Shown: piece by piece, positions 19,962 to 28,788 of the stretch | Layout of the letters: every line of letters starts with the position of its first letter | Position numbering within the stretch: the stretch's first letter is position 1 | Origin: a virus | Virus record (IMG/VR): IMGVR_UViG_3300045988_133395 | DNA: 64,000 nucleotides | Reading direction: 5' to 3' (one strand) | The notes under the pieces: model-generated | What the model was told of the DNA's origin: nothing | Databases searched by the model: none | What the model saw: the letters and a program-made list of their open reading frames with translations, nothing else | Translations under genes and position numbers: made by a program

Positions 19962-21203
19962 TTAAAAATCAACGCCTTCTACGGTATAGCTACTATGAAC
20001 TACAAAGCATCGTTTATCAACATTGCTAAAGTTACCAGTATTAACAGAATTAAAATTACTGCTATTTACACCAGCGAAATTGCTCGGACAAGTATTTACA
20101 CTGGAATCATTTGTACTAAAATTACTTGGACAATTTGAGGTAAAGAAACCTGTATATCCAGTAGCATTTCCAGAATAATTAGAAGCATTATCTCCTACAC
20201 ATTGAGTACCAACACTGGAAAAACGAGAAGAATTATTTCCAGAACAGTTAATTGTATGGCCTGTATAGTTAGTATCATTATTTGCAGTATATCCGCCTTT
20301 ATGGAAAGAACTTCTTTTAGCATTATTAACAGTAGTTCTATTAGTGCTATTTTTTCCATTTCCAGAATATTTAGAAGCATTATGTCCCTGGAAATTACCT
20401 CTTTTAATGGCATTACCTGATAACTGGACATCTTTACTTCCATTACCAGCCCAGTTAAATGTCCAATAGGAGTAATGATGATGATATTTTCCAGTTTGGA
20501 ATCCACTATGATTACCATTATGAACTTTTGAAAATTTAGAACTATTACTTCCAAAAGAATTAAAATCTGCGCCATTATTAGTTGCCCATTTAGTACTAAA
20601 AAATCCACTATTAAAAGTATGATGATGCCCACTTCTAAAAGCGTTATTATAGCCGCTTCTATTAGAAGCATTATTACTACTTCGATTAGATGCAAAATAA
20701 CCATTTCTAAAGCCACCAAAATAACCACTTCTATTAGAATCATGACCAATTTCATTAAAACTGGTATTATTAGAGGTTCTATGTACGCCATTATGTCCAG
20801 ATCTATTAGCACTAAAGCTACCAAAACCACTATAATTAGAACTATTAAAACCTCCACGATGACTTGAAAAATGTTCTCGACAAGCTTGTTCCATCATTCC
20901 AATGCTTTTTTCAATTTGAGCCATGGATTTTTTTCCAATTGCGGGAGTACCTTGATTAACTCCAACAGGAACTAAGATTGAAACACCATTTACGAATGAA
21001 ACAGTATTTTTTGTATCTACAACACTTTTAAAAATCTCATTCATAATTTGAGCGCTGGTGATTCTAACACCACCACCAACGCTTCCTCGATTAGAAATAG
21101 CAGAATATCTACCATTCCAAGTTCTAATAGCATCCAATCTATCATAATAATCCTTAATAGTAGAGGCTTGAATTGGCTGACCTGTATATACTATTCTTGC
21201 CAT
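19962..21203 (-). CDS. Ser/Asn/Gly/Phe-rich low-complexity repeat protein, putative substrate of adjacent rSAM enzymes
   Basis: 413-aa ORF with GAGAGGTGA RBS; ~110-aa ordinary N-terminal domain then ~300 aa of degenerate repeats (SNRSGY, FNSGFF, NRSGH...) with many aromatic-X-Ser/Asn triads and five C-terminal Cys each followed by N/D within 3-4 residues (CSGNN, CVGDN, CPSNF x2). Confidence 0.55.
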   Translation of the reverse strand: MARIVYTGQPIQASTIKDYYDRLDAIRTWNGRYSAISNRGSVGGGVRITSAQIMNEIFKSVVDTKNTVSFVNGVSILVPVGVNQGTPAIGKKSMAQIEKSIGMMEQACREHFSSHRGGFNSSNYSGFGSFSANRSGHNGVHRTSNNTSFNEIGHDSNRSGYFGGFRNGYFASNRSSNNASNRSGYNNAFRSGHHHTFNSGFFSTKWATNNGADFNSFGSNSSKFSKVHNGNHSGFQTGKYHHHYSYWTFNWAGNGSKDVQLSGNAIKRGNFQGHNASKYSGNGKNSTNRTTVNNAKRSSFHKGGYTANNDTNYTGHTINCSGNNSSRFSSVGTQCVGDNASNYSGNATGYTGFFTSNCPSNFSTNDSSVNTCPSNFAGVNSSNFNSVNTGNFSNVDKRCFVVHSSYTVEGVDF

Positions 21204-21217
21204 TCAATCACCTCTCT

Positions 21218-21592
21218 TTAAAGTCTTGGATTTGTTTGAAAAGAAATATCTATATAATATTCTGGTGTTTCAGCGGTTTGGTCATAATCTCCTTTTGCAT
21301 TTGAGATAGATGTATATTTAGTAGTTTCAAAAACAACTTTTTCTCCATCTTTAATAGTTATATTCTTAATAGAATTATCAACTCTAAAATATGGAAGAAA
21401 GTCTACTAAACTGATATTATCAAAAGTATTTATATTTTCACCATTATCTGCGGAAATATAAGTAGTAATATATAAAGCCGCTGTAGTTTCTTTCTTACCA
21501 GAATTATCTGGTAATTCTTTTAACTCTAAGCCTTCTGTAAAGCTTTTAATATGGCATTGTAATTCGCCATTATTTATAATTAAAGTGTACAT
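21218..21592 (-). CDS. hypothetical protein
   Basis: 124-aa ORF ending 14 nt before repeat-protein gene. Confidence 0.45.
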   Translation of the reverse strand: MYTLIINNGELQCHIKSFTEGLELKELPDNSGKKETTAALYITTYISADNGENINTFDNISLVDFLPYFRVDNSIKNITIKDGEKVVFETTKYTSISNAKGDYDQTAETPEYYIDISFQTNPRL

Positions 21593-21642
21593 AATTTTCT
21601 CTCTCCTTTTTAAGAAATGAAAAAAAAGAGAAAATACTTTCT

Positions 21643-22140
21643 TTAATCAGACCAGTCATGTATCTTTTCTCTTGCTTTTTCATTAACAATATATGTCCCG
21701 ATACAAATTGCATCGCATTCATCTTGAGTAGCTTTTATTCCATATGTATCAAGAACATATTGTTGAGCATTTCTCTTTTGCTCGGGACGAGTACGCCCTT
21801 TTATATTTAATGCAGACTTCCATACACTTGCTAAAGTTGCACTATTTGGTATCTTTAATTCTGTTACTAATTCATAAATAACTCCGAACACTTCTGCCAA
21901 AACTTTAAAAGTTTGAACATTATTAGTAACATTCCCTTGAAGTTGAATATCTTCAAAAGCTACTTCATTAATATTAAACTCTTCAATAAGTTTATTTACT
22001 TCGTTTTTAATAAAAAAAAGTCTTTCCCCAATATCTTCTTGAGTAGCATTAAATTTACCATGAGCTTCAAGTTGACCTTCATTAAAGAAGGCCCAACCTG
22101 AAATTCTACTTGCTTGGTCTAATGCGAGTAATCGACTCAT
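21643..22140 (-). CDS. RuvC-like Holliday junction resolvase
   Basis: N-terminal LLALDQASRISGWAFF resembles RuvC ILGIDPGSRVTGYGV catalytic-Asp motif; 165 aa. Confidence 0.55.
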   Translation of the reverse strand: MSRLLALDQASRISGWAFFNEGQLEAHGKFNATQEDIGERLFFIKNEVNKLIEEFNINEVAFEDIQLQGNVTNNVQTFKVLAEVFGVIYELVTELKIPNSATLASVWKSALNIKGRTRPEQKRNAQQYVLDTYGIKATQDECDAICIGTYIVNEKAREKIHDWSD

Positions 22141-22802
22141 TAAGCTTCTTGCAGTACTGGCTGACTTGCCGCATCTGTAGAACCGAAACCGCCTTCCCGC
22201 AAATCAACTGTATTATCATCCTCAGTTTTTAAATAAGGCTTAATAATACCTTGACCAATACAGTCACCTTTCTTTAAGATAATAGGAACAGGGGAAAAAT
22301 TAATTAATTGAAAAAAGATATGTCCCTCATTATCTGGATTATTATAATAATCACCATCTATAATTCCTACGCTATTGGCCATTACTAACCAATATTTAAG
22401 TGGACAAGAGCTACGAACTGAAAGCTCTAAGTATGTACCAGGGTCAAGTTTAACTTTAACTCCTGTTGGAACTAATGTTGGTTTTGCTTGAGCTTGTTTT
22501 GTAAAAGTAGCAACTTTATCAAGTGTCATAGGTCTTTCAAGATATTTTTCTCCAAGCTGTTTAACTATAAGCTCTTCAAAAATGCTCCCTGAAAGAGTTG
22601 AAAAATGATAATGATATGGAAGAATTACTGTATCTTCTGCTACAATAAAATCATATCCCGCAGATTCTACAGTTTTTCTTTTAGGAAGTAAATCATTTTC
22701 GCCTTGAAATTTTTTAATTAACTCAAATTTAGCCAAATTAGATTCCCTCCTCATAAGTAACATTAATATGCTGCTCTGGATCTTTTTCTGGAGTAAATTC
22801 AA
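22140..22802 (-). CDS. dut: dUTPase
   Basis: dUTPase motifs SAGYDF, PTGVKV, SVGIIDGDYY, REGGFGSTD; N-terminus probably starts at internal Met. Confidence 0.75.
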   Translation of the reverse strand: MNLLQKKIQSSILMLLMRRESNLAKFELIKKFQGENDLLPKRKTVESAGYDFIVAEDTVILPYHYHFSTLSGSIFEELIVKQLGEKYLERPMTLDKVATFTKQAQAKPTLVPTGVKVKLDPGTYLELSVRSSCPLKYWLVMANSVGIIDGDYYNNPDNEGHIFFQLINFSPVPIILKKGDCIGQGIIKPYLKTEDDNTVDLREGGFGSTDAASQPVLQEA

Positions 22803-22986
22803 TTTTAGCTTTTACAAGCTGATACTCTTCGATAATCTCACCTTTAGCTTTAATGTACTTAGTTGTATAACTAAAGTTTGTTAATTCTCCATAAGGATTT
22901 TCAGAAAGTTCATCTCTTAAAGCTAAAGCATCTTCTACTGTTGGAACTCTAAATACTAATGTGTTGTTAATTAAATATTTATTCAT
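22738..22986 (-). CDS. hypothetical protein
   Basis: 82-aa ORF. Confidence 0.35.
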   Translation of the reverse strand: MNKYLINNTLVFRVPTVEDALALRDELSENPYGELTNFSYTTKYIKAKGEIIEEYQLVKAKIEFTPEKDPEQHINVTYEEGI

Positions 22987-22989
22987 AAA

Positions 22990-23244
22990 TTAATTTACCT
23001 CGATTTCTAAATTATTTTCTCCATATGTTGTAATTTCACTTGTTCTAATTTTATCAGCAACGCCATTACAAAAAATAGCATCACCATATAAATGAATTTT
23101 ATTGATATTTTCTGCTGAACAAACCTGCGGCAAGAAGCCAGGCAAATTTGCTAAAGAAACCTGTTCTTCTTGACCGTCATTATATTGAACTTTTTGATAA
23201 ATAGAGAACATATCAATAAAACATACAATCTCATTACTGTTCAT
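22990..23244 (-). CDS. hypothetical protein
   Basis: 84-aa ORF. Confidence 0.35.
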   Translation of the reverse strand: MNSNEIVCFIDMFSIYQKVQYNDGQEEQVSLANLPGFLPQVCSAENINKIHLYGDAIFCNGVADKIRTSEITTYGENNLEIEVN

Positions 23245-23779
23245 AAGTCACAATACCTTCATCGTAATTAAATAAATACATGCAGGTAACTACACCATTA
23301 TATTTAATCCAAATTTCGATAGAAGAAGCACTGCCATCCTCTAATTTATTAACATTGATAGAACGAACTGTACCAAGCGCAGTTAAGCATTCTTTAAGTC
23401 CATCCCAGAATGTTGCGAAATCTGACTCTCCGATATTCCCTTTCTTAAAGATTGTAAAGTAATTAATCTCTCTACCATAAAGCATATAATATGTAGAAGA
23501 TTGCTCCATTAACCAATCTCCAAAAATCTTTTCGGCACCTTCCCACTGAGAATCTTCATAATCTGGAAGTTGCTCAATAATATTTCGATTTAACTCATAT
23601 AAGTTAAGTTCAAGTCCCTGAGAAGTCATTTGAGCTTCTACTGGAAACCATTTTTCATTTTTATAGATAAAATAACTTTCATCTGTTTCATTATATACGA
23701 TTTGACCATCTTCTGGCTCTTTAATTTCATCCAATTCTTTATTGTCTTTAATATGTTTCATTTTTAATCTCCTTATCAT
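23234..23779 (-). CDS. hypothetical protein
   Basis: 181-aa ORF. Confidence 0.4.
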   Translation of the reverse strand: MIRRLKMKHIKDNKELDEIKEPEDGQIVYNETDESYFIYKNEKWFPVEAQMTSQGLELNLYELNRNIIEQLPDYEDSQWEGAEKIFGDWLMEQSSTYYMLYGREINYFTIFKKGNIGESDFATFWDGLKECLTALGTVRSINVNKLEDGSASSIEIWIKYNGVVTCMYLFNYDEGIVTYEQ

Positions 23780-23814
23780 TTATAAGTATATAATATCATA
23801 TTTTTTTTAGAAAA

Positions 23815-24312
23815 TCAATAATCAGTTCCCTTATATAAAATTCGTTGATTAGATGAACCTCTCATAAATAAAGAAACATCTCTTTTTGTTTTATCATAAG
23901 GACCGTCAATAAGGCAATCTACTTGTTCAAGTATTGATTTAATTCTATTATTATTCATATCTAAATCTTCTAAACAATATCCTGTCCATAAATAAATTTT
24001 AGTGTCAGGAAGTTTTTCTTTAACAGAATTAATAATTAAATTAGTCAAAAATTGATTTTCTGGACAAAGAGGTTCTCCTCCCATAATACATAAATTACGG
24101 TGTAATCCATTAGCAGTAATAGCTTCAATAACCTCTAAAATAGTATCATGAGTAACTTCTTCTCCACCTTCAAAATCCCAAGTCTCTGGATTATGGCAAC
24201 CCTCACATCTGTGAGGGCAACCTTGTGTAAAAAAAGTTACACTTGTTCCAGGAGCGGCAGAAAAATCATTTTTAATAATTCCTGCATAACGCATTATAAT
24301 TATTCCTCCCAA
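23815..24312 (-). CDS. nrdG: anaerobic ribonucleotide reductase activating protein (radical SAM)
   Basis: GCPHRCEGCHNPETW CX3CX2C motif in NrdG-typical context; ~165 aa; adjacent to nrdD. Confidence 0.8.
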   Translation of the reverse strand: MGGIIIMRYAGIIKNDFSAAPGTSVTFFTQGCPHRCEGCHNPETWDFEGGEEVTHDTILEVIEAITANGLHRNLCIMGGEPLCPENQFLTNLIINSVKEKLPDTKIYLWTGYCLEDLDMNNNRIKSILEQVDCLIDGPYDKTKRDVSLFMRGSSNQRILYKGTDY

Positions 24313-24497
24313 TTAAAAAGCTTGCGGCCGCAGATAGGGCAGTATTTAATATGTCTAATATATTCAAATCCTATTCCGCCATCCCAGTCGTTTGCCATAT
24401 ATAAAGTATCATCTGCATCTAATTCTCTACAATATCTACATTCTTCTGCTTGTTTTAAGTATTCTTCTTTGTCGTGCCAGGTTTTATCTGCGCCCAT
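24300..24497 (-). CDS. small zinc-ribbon protein (possible)
   Basis: 65-aa ORF with CRYC...CPIC; overlaps nrdD 3' end by 43 nt. Confidence 0.3.
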   Translation of the reverse strand: MGADKTWHDKEEYLKQAEECRYCRELDADDTLYMANDWDGGIGFEYIRHIKYCPICGRKLFNWEE

Positions 24498-24973
24498 TCT
24501 CTTTTTCCTCCATGCTTAACACGATGTTCAACTTCATCTTGCTTACCAAGATTAAAAGCAGTTTTATAATTTCCTGTTAAATATCCAGTAACTCTTCTAA
24601 GCTGTTGGATATGAGTGCTTCCACAGATAGGACATCTATCATTAAATTCATCTGTGTATCCGCACTCAAGACATGTGTCGTTTGGTACATTAACTGCAAA
24701 ATATGGAATGTCTTTATCCATAGCATAATTTACAATTTGCTCTAATGCTTCAAGATTATTTTTAATACCAGAATCTAATTCAACATAAGTAATACATCCC
24801 GCAGATGAATAACCAGTTAATTGAGATTCAATATCAATCTTTTCAAATGGAGACATTTCTTTCCAAACTGGAACATGAATTGAATTAGTAAAGAATTCTT
24901 TATCACTTACATTTTCAATTACTCCATATTTTGCTTTAAAGTTTTTTAAAGCTTTATAGCAAAGGTTTTCGGC
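24455..24973 (-). CDS. nrdD: anaerobic ribonucleoside-triphosphate reductase, exon 2 (C-terminal part)
   Basis: AENLCYK at start, Zn site CLECGY...CPICG, glycyl-radical motif RVTGYLTG. Confidence 0.8.
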   Translation of the reverse strand, partial: AENLCYKALKNFKAKYGVIENVSDKEFFTNSIHVPVWKEMSPFEKIDIESQLTGYSSAGCITYVELDSGIKNNLEALEQIVNYAMDKDIPYFAVNVPNDTCLECGYTDEFNDRCPICGSTHIQQLRRVTGYLTGNYKTAFNLGKQDEVEHRVKHGGKREWAQIKPGTTKKNT

Positions 24974-25941
24974 CATTCGAACCCTCGGTTTCCCGATATT
25001 TCAAAAGGGGATTAGACTATATTATCATCTTATTATTCTATTACCAAATAATAAGAGCTCTGTCTTTCGGATATAATATCCTACTCTACTCACTTCTTCA
25101 TTATAAATATTTCTTTTATAACTATGTTTTCGATAGTCGTTAGAGAACAAATCCATTGGTTTTGTATTCAGTCAAGTATCTAAACCAATATCCACAACGA
25201 GGTTTTGTTTTTACATTGTGATTACATTGATTTAATATTGTTGTTTTTGTAACGTGTAATTCTCTTGAAGCTTCTCCTACAGAGCCATACATCTTTAATA
25301 GATTGCCCTGTAAATCAAAACTACAAATATGAATTGATTGATTATCATCCCAGCTTTTATCATTTTTAGCAAGACCATCTTTATAAGCATCTTTAGTATT
25401 TTTTGAATTAGTCCCCCATTCAAGATTAGATACTTCAGGGTTTGCTTTATTATTATCTTTATGCATTACTACTGTATAATTATTTGGATTAGGCAAAAAA
25501 GCTTCTGCAACTAAAATATGCACTCTTCTTTGTCTTTGTCCTTCTGGATAGGTTATATTGGAATATAAATATCCATTATTTTTATTTATAAAATTTGCTT
25601 TGGGATAAAATAAATCATTTCCATAATCTTTATAAATATTACCTTTTGAAGAAATATAATCAGTTTCACTTCCATTAATTAATCGTATTTCTTCATTAAT
25701 TTGACTTCTTTTAATTAATTTATCTGTCATTTTTCTACGTGCCATAAAAAATTCACTCTCCTTCTATATTATATGAATTTTTATTATACACGACTGAAAA
25801 CTTGTGTCCAATGAATTTACCCTACGGGATTAACTTGCCTTATTACAGGTTTAGTCTCTCTTATCATCTTATTACGATTGCCCGTTTAACAGAGTAATTT
25901 TTTCACGCAGTCACCTGCGCGACACCCAATCCGAAAAGTTT
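24974..25941 (-). mobile_element. group I self-splicing intron in nrdD carrying HNH homing endonuclease ORF
   Basis: Exon 1 frame reads YYTP then garbage and stops; exon 2 resumes AENLCYK (conserved NrdD YxTPAExLC); exon 1 ends in U, intron ends in G; structured GC-richer flanks; approximate boundaries. Confidence 0.65.
25140..25745 (-). CDS. HNH homing endonuclease (intron-encoded)
   Basis: VHILVAEAFLPNPNNYTVVMHKDNNKANPEVSNLEWGT HNH motif; own GGAG RBS inside intron. Confidence 0.75.
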   Translation of the reverse strand: MARRKMTDKLIKRSQINEEIRLINGSETDYISSKGNIYKDYGNDLFYPKANFINKNNGYLYSNITYPEGQRQRRVHILVAEAFLPNPNNYTVVMHKDNNKANPEVSNLEWGTNSKNTKDAYKDGLAKNDKSWDDNQSIHICSFDLQGNLLKMYGSVGEASRELHVTKTTILNQCNHNVKTKPRCGYWFRYLTEYKTNGFVL

Positions 25942-27741
25942 AGGTGTGTAGTAAACTCCAAAATTAAGCTTATATTCTTCTTTAAATTCCGCACATCTAT
26001 CTTTAAATAACTGTTCAATTCTTTTAGCCAGTTTCATTCCTTCTGAAGTCGTATGGTCTGTGCCAATAAGAATTTGAAGAGTCTCAGCGAGTCCTAACTG
26101 ACCTACCGCTAAAGTTCCATGTTTTAATGCGCTTCTTATTCCTTCCTCTGGAATATACCCCTTCATTGTGCCATTCTCATACATAAAGGCTGCGGCAGAA
26201 GCATCCTGAGAACAAATCCAATCGAAGCGTTCAATCAACATATCTTTTGCCTGATGAATTTTTTCATCTAAAAGAGTCATGAAATATTCAACTGCAAAAG
26301 CTTCTTTTGCATCTTCGCCAGTTAAAGCATATTGAGACATAAAGTTCTGTTTAGCTTCCATTGCTAATGTAGGTAAAATAATTGTTACAGGACAAATATT
26401 TCCACGTCCATCTTTTAACTGACCGAAACCGTTAATATCGTACCCATTGGCAGTTCTGCATCCCATCGTAGAGAAGTAGGTACGAGGGTCGTTGATGTCA
26501 TATCCTGCGTTTCCAGACCAGTCGACATTAGCATAATTTGGGTACAGTCTTGTGGCGGTTGAACGTAATGCGAGTTTAAATAAATCGTAATTTGGGTCTC
26601 CTTCTTCACGATTGACTCCTTTCATACACTGGAAAATTCCACAAGGAAAAATAGAAGTTTTATGAAGCTTTCCAATACCTTTAATAGATACATTTAATAA
26701 AGCCTCTGTTACTAATCTTCCTTCTGGTAAAGTACATGTACCATAGTTAATAGAAGTAAAAGGTAACTGGTTTCCACTTCGAGATTGTAATGTATTAAGA
26801 TTATGATACATTCCTTCTACAGCTTGATAAGTTTCTTTTATTGTCATATCTACGGCATATTGATAAGCTGCTTCATTTCTAACAAATACATCATCATTAA
26901 TAGAAGCATCAGCTTTAATCCACGCCTCTTTTGCATTAGATAAATCAAAATCTTCATAAGTTCCAGCTAATCCAAGCATCTGACCTTTTTGACAATATTT
27001 AATACCATCTAAGAAATGCTTATAAAAACTTCTACGAACATAAGGAACCATGCTCCAATCTAAGTGAGTAGCAGATACTCCTCCAAACTGCTGTAATGAT
27101 TGTAACTGAAATAATACTGCCAAAAGCTGAAAAGCTGTATTAACAGATTGAGCAGGACGAACATCAGTTTGACGAGTGTTAAAACCATCTCTAAGTAAAT
27201 CATCTATAGGTAATGACAAACAATTATGCATTCCAACAGCATAACTATCTAAATCGTGAATATAAATTTCATTGTTTAAATGATTATCTCTTGACATTTT
27301 AGATACAATATAATCTAAAGCATATTTCTTTGTCATAACTGAGCTTGCTTCGCCCATACGTCCACCAAAAGAATGTTCATCTACATTAGCATTTTGATTT
27401 TGAACGTTGCGGGCTTCCAATTTTTCACTATAAGTTTTAACAAAAACTGCCTCATGCTCTCTCTTTGCTTCTTGTTTATATCTATAACGAATATACGCTC
27501 TTGCAACATCTCTTCTTTCAGATTGCATTAATAAATCTTCTACGCAATCTTGAATAGTTTCTACAGAAATAGTTGTCTTAGAGCGTTTAGCCATTTCTTC
27601 AATTTCAGTAGCAATATCTTCTGAAGTATCTGTCTCATAAAGGATTTTATCTACTTCAATCATTGCTCTATTTACTGCATCAATAATTTTTTCTTTATCA
27701 AATGGGACAATATCACCATTTCGTTTTTGAACTTCTAACAT
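25942..27741 (-). CDS. nrdD: anaerobic ribonucleoside-triphosphate reductase, exon 1 (N-terminal part; ORF in track reads through to 25903)
   Basis: ATP-cone-like N-terminus, class III RNR body; ORF continues 13 codons into intron. Confidence 0.8.
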
Positions 27742-27817
27742 ATATTGTATCCCTCCATCTATATTTAGTAAAATTTTTTAAGTCTTAACACTATATATGG
27801 TTTTTGCGATGGATAAA

Positions 27818-28390
27818 TTATCCAATCCTGTTCTCCAACCGCTGTGCCGCAGCAGATACAACTTTCACATTGAAGTTCATATCTTTTCTATCTTCATTTA
27901 CTATTTCATTATAATGAAAATCTAAATCAGCAAAATCATCTTTATCAGCTTTATATCTTCTAATAATTTCATCAACATTTGGATTTTCTTCTCTATTCAA
28001 CTGCCGCAATAATCGAGTCTTATCTTTAGCAGTTACATAATATACTACAATCTCAATATTTTTATGAGCCATTAAACTATCAATTCCTTCTGGATTAAAA
28101 ACTCCAATATTAACACAATCAGAGCGCAATGAGCCAAAACCGGTTCCATAAAACCAGTCATTGAAGCAGGCAGCTTCCAGCATTTCACCTGCCAGAAGCT
28201 TTTCTGCAAATTCTTCACCAGAAATAAAATGATAATTAATTCCGTCTTTTTCTCCTTCTCTTGGAGGTCTTGTCGTAAAACTAACTATCTCATGGAGATT
28301 ATGATTAACTTTTAAAACCTCTTGCATAAGAGTGTCTTTTCCGCTACCAGCTTCTCCAATAATGGCAAGAATTTTATAAGAACCTATCAT
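27818..28390 (-). CDS. guanylate kinase-like nucleotide monophosphate kinase
   Basis: P-loop GEAGSGKDT, FTTRPPREGEKDGINYHFIS (GMK TTRxPRxGE.dG.dY.F), FYGT. Confidence 0.7.
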   Translation of the reverse strand: MIGSYKILAIIGEAGSGKDTLMQEVLKVNHNLHEIVSFTTRPPREGEKDGINYHFISGEEFAEKLLAGEMLEAACFNDWFYGTGFGSLRSDCVNIGVFNPEGIDSLMAHKNIEIVVYYVTAKDKTRLLRQLNREENPNVDEIIRRYKADKDDFADLDFHYNEIVNEDRKDMNFNVKVVSAAAQRLENRIG

Positions 28391-28749
28391 ACGCTTGCTT
28401 CTTCCTCTTTACCTGTTGACTCTCCTGGTGTAGTATCTCCACCTGGTTTATTTGCTTTATCTATCTCTTCCTGATACTTTCTCATTTCTTCCTGCATAAT
28501 ACTTTCTCTTTGGAAGAATGTAGCTAAATCAGAAACCTCATTATCACTTTCTTTTAATTTAAACAAATCTGTTAAGCTTTTGTGAAGAGCAGGAACAATC
28601 TTTGGAGCACACTCTTTACAAATATCCATGTTATGACTACACATATAGCCCATAGAATTTGCATAATTAAAATTAATGTTACCAGTGTCTAAATTCTCTG
28701 TAATTTCATGTCCACATAAATCACAAACTCTTTTTACTACTTGACTCAT
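28387..28749 (-). CDS. hypothetical zinc-finger protein
   Basis: 120-aa ORF, CDLCGHE...CKEC. Confidence 0.4.
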   Translation of the reverse strand: MSQVVKRVCDLCGHEITENLDTGNINFNYANSMGYMCSHNMDICKECAPKIVPALHKSLTDLFKLKESDNEVSDLATFFQRESIMQEEMRKYQEEIDKANKPGGDTTPGESTGKEEEASV

Positions 28750-28788
28750 ATCTTTATTCTCCTTTTTATTGATATATTAGAGAAGATG

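Noticed and set aside
20195-20867. Long antisense and alternative-frame ORFs (20195..20857 on -; 20202..20420 and 20619..20867 on +) within the repeat-protein gene
   Set aside because: The region is low-complexity repetitive DNA that lacks stop codons in several frames. Translations are Ile/Leu/Val strings without an RBS. The 19962..21203 frame is preferred because of its RBS, structured N-terminus and operon context, though a non-coding repeat cannot be completely excluded.
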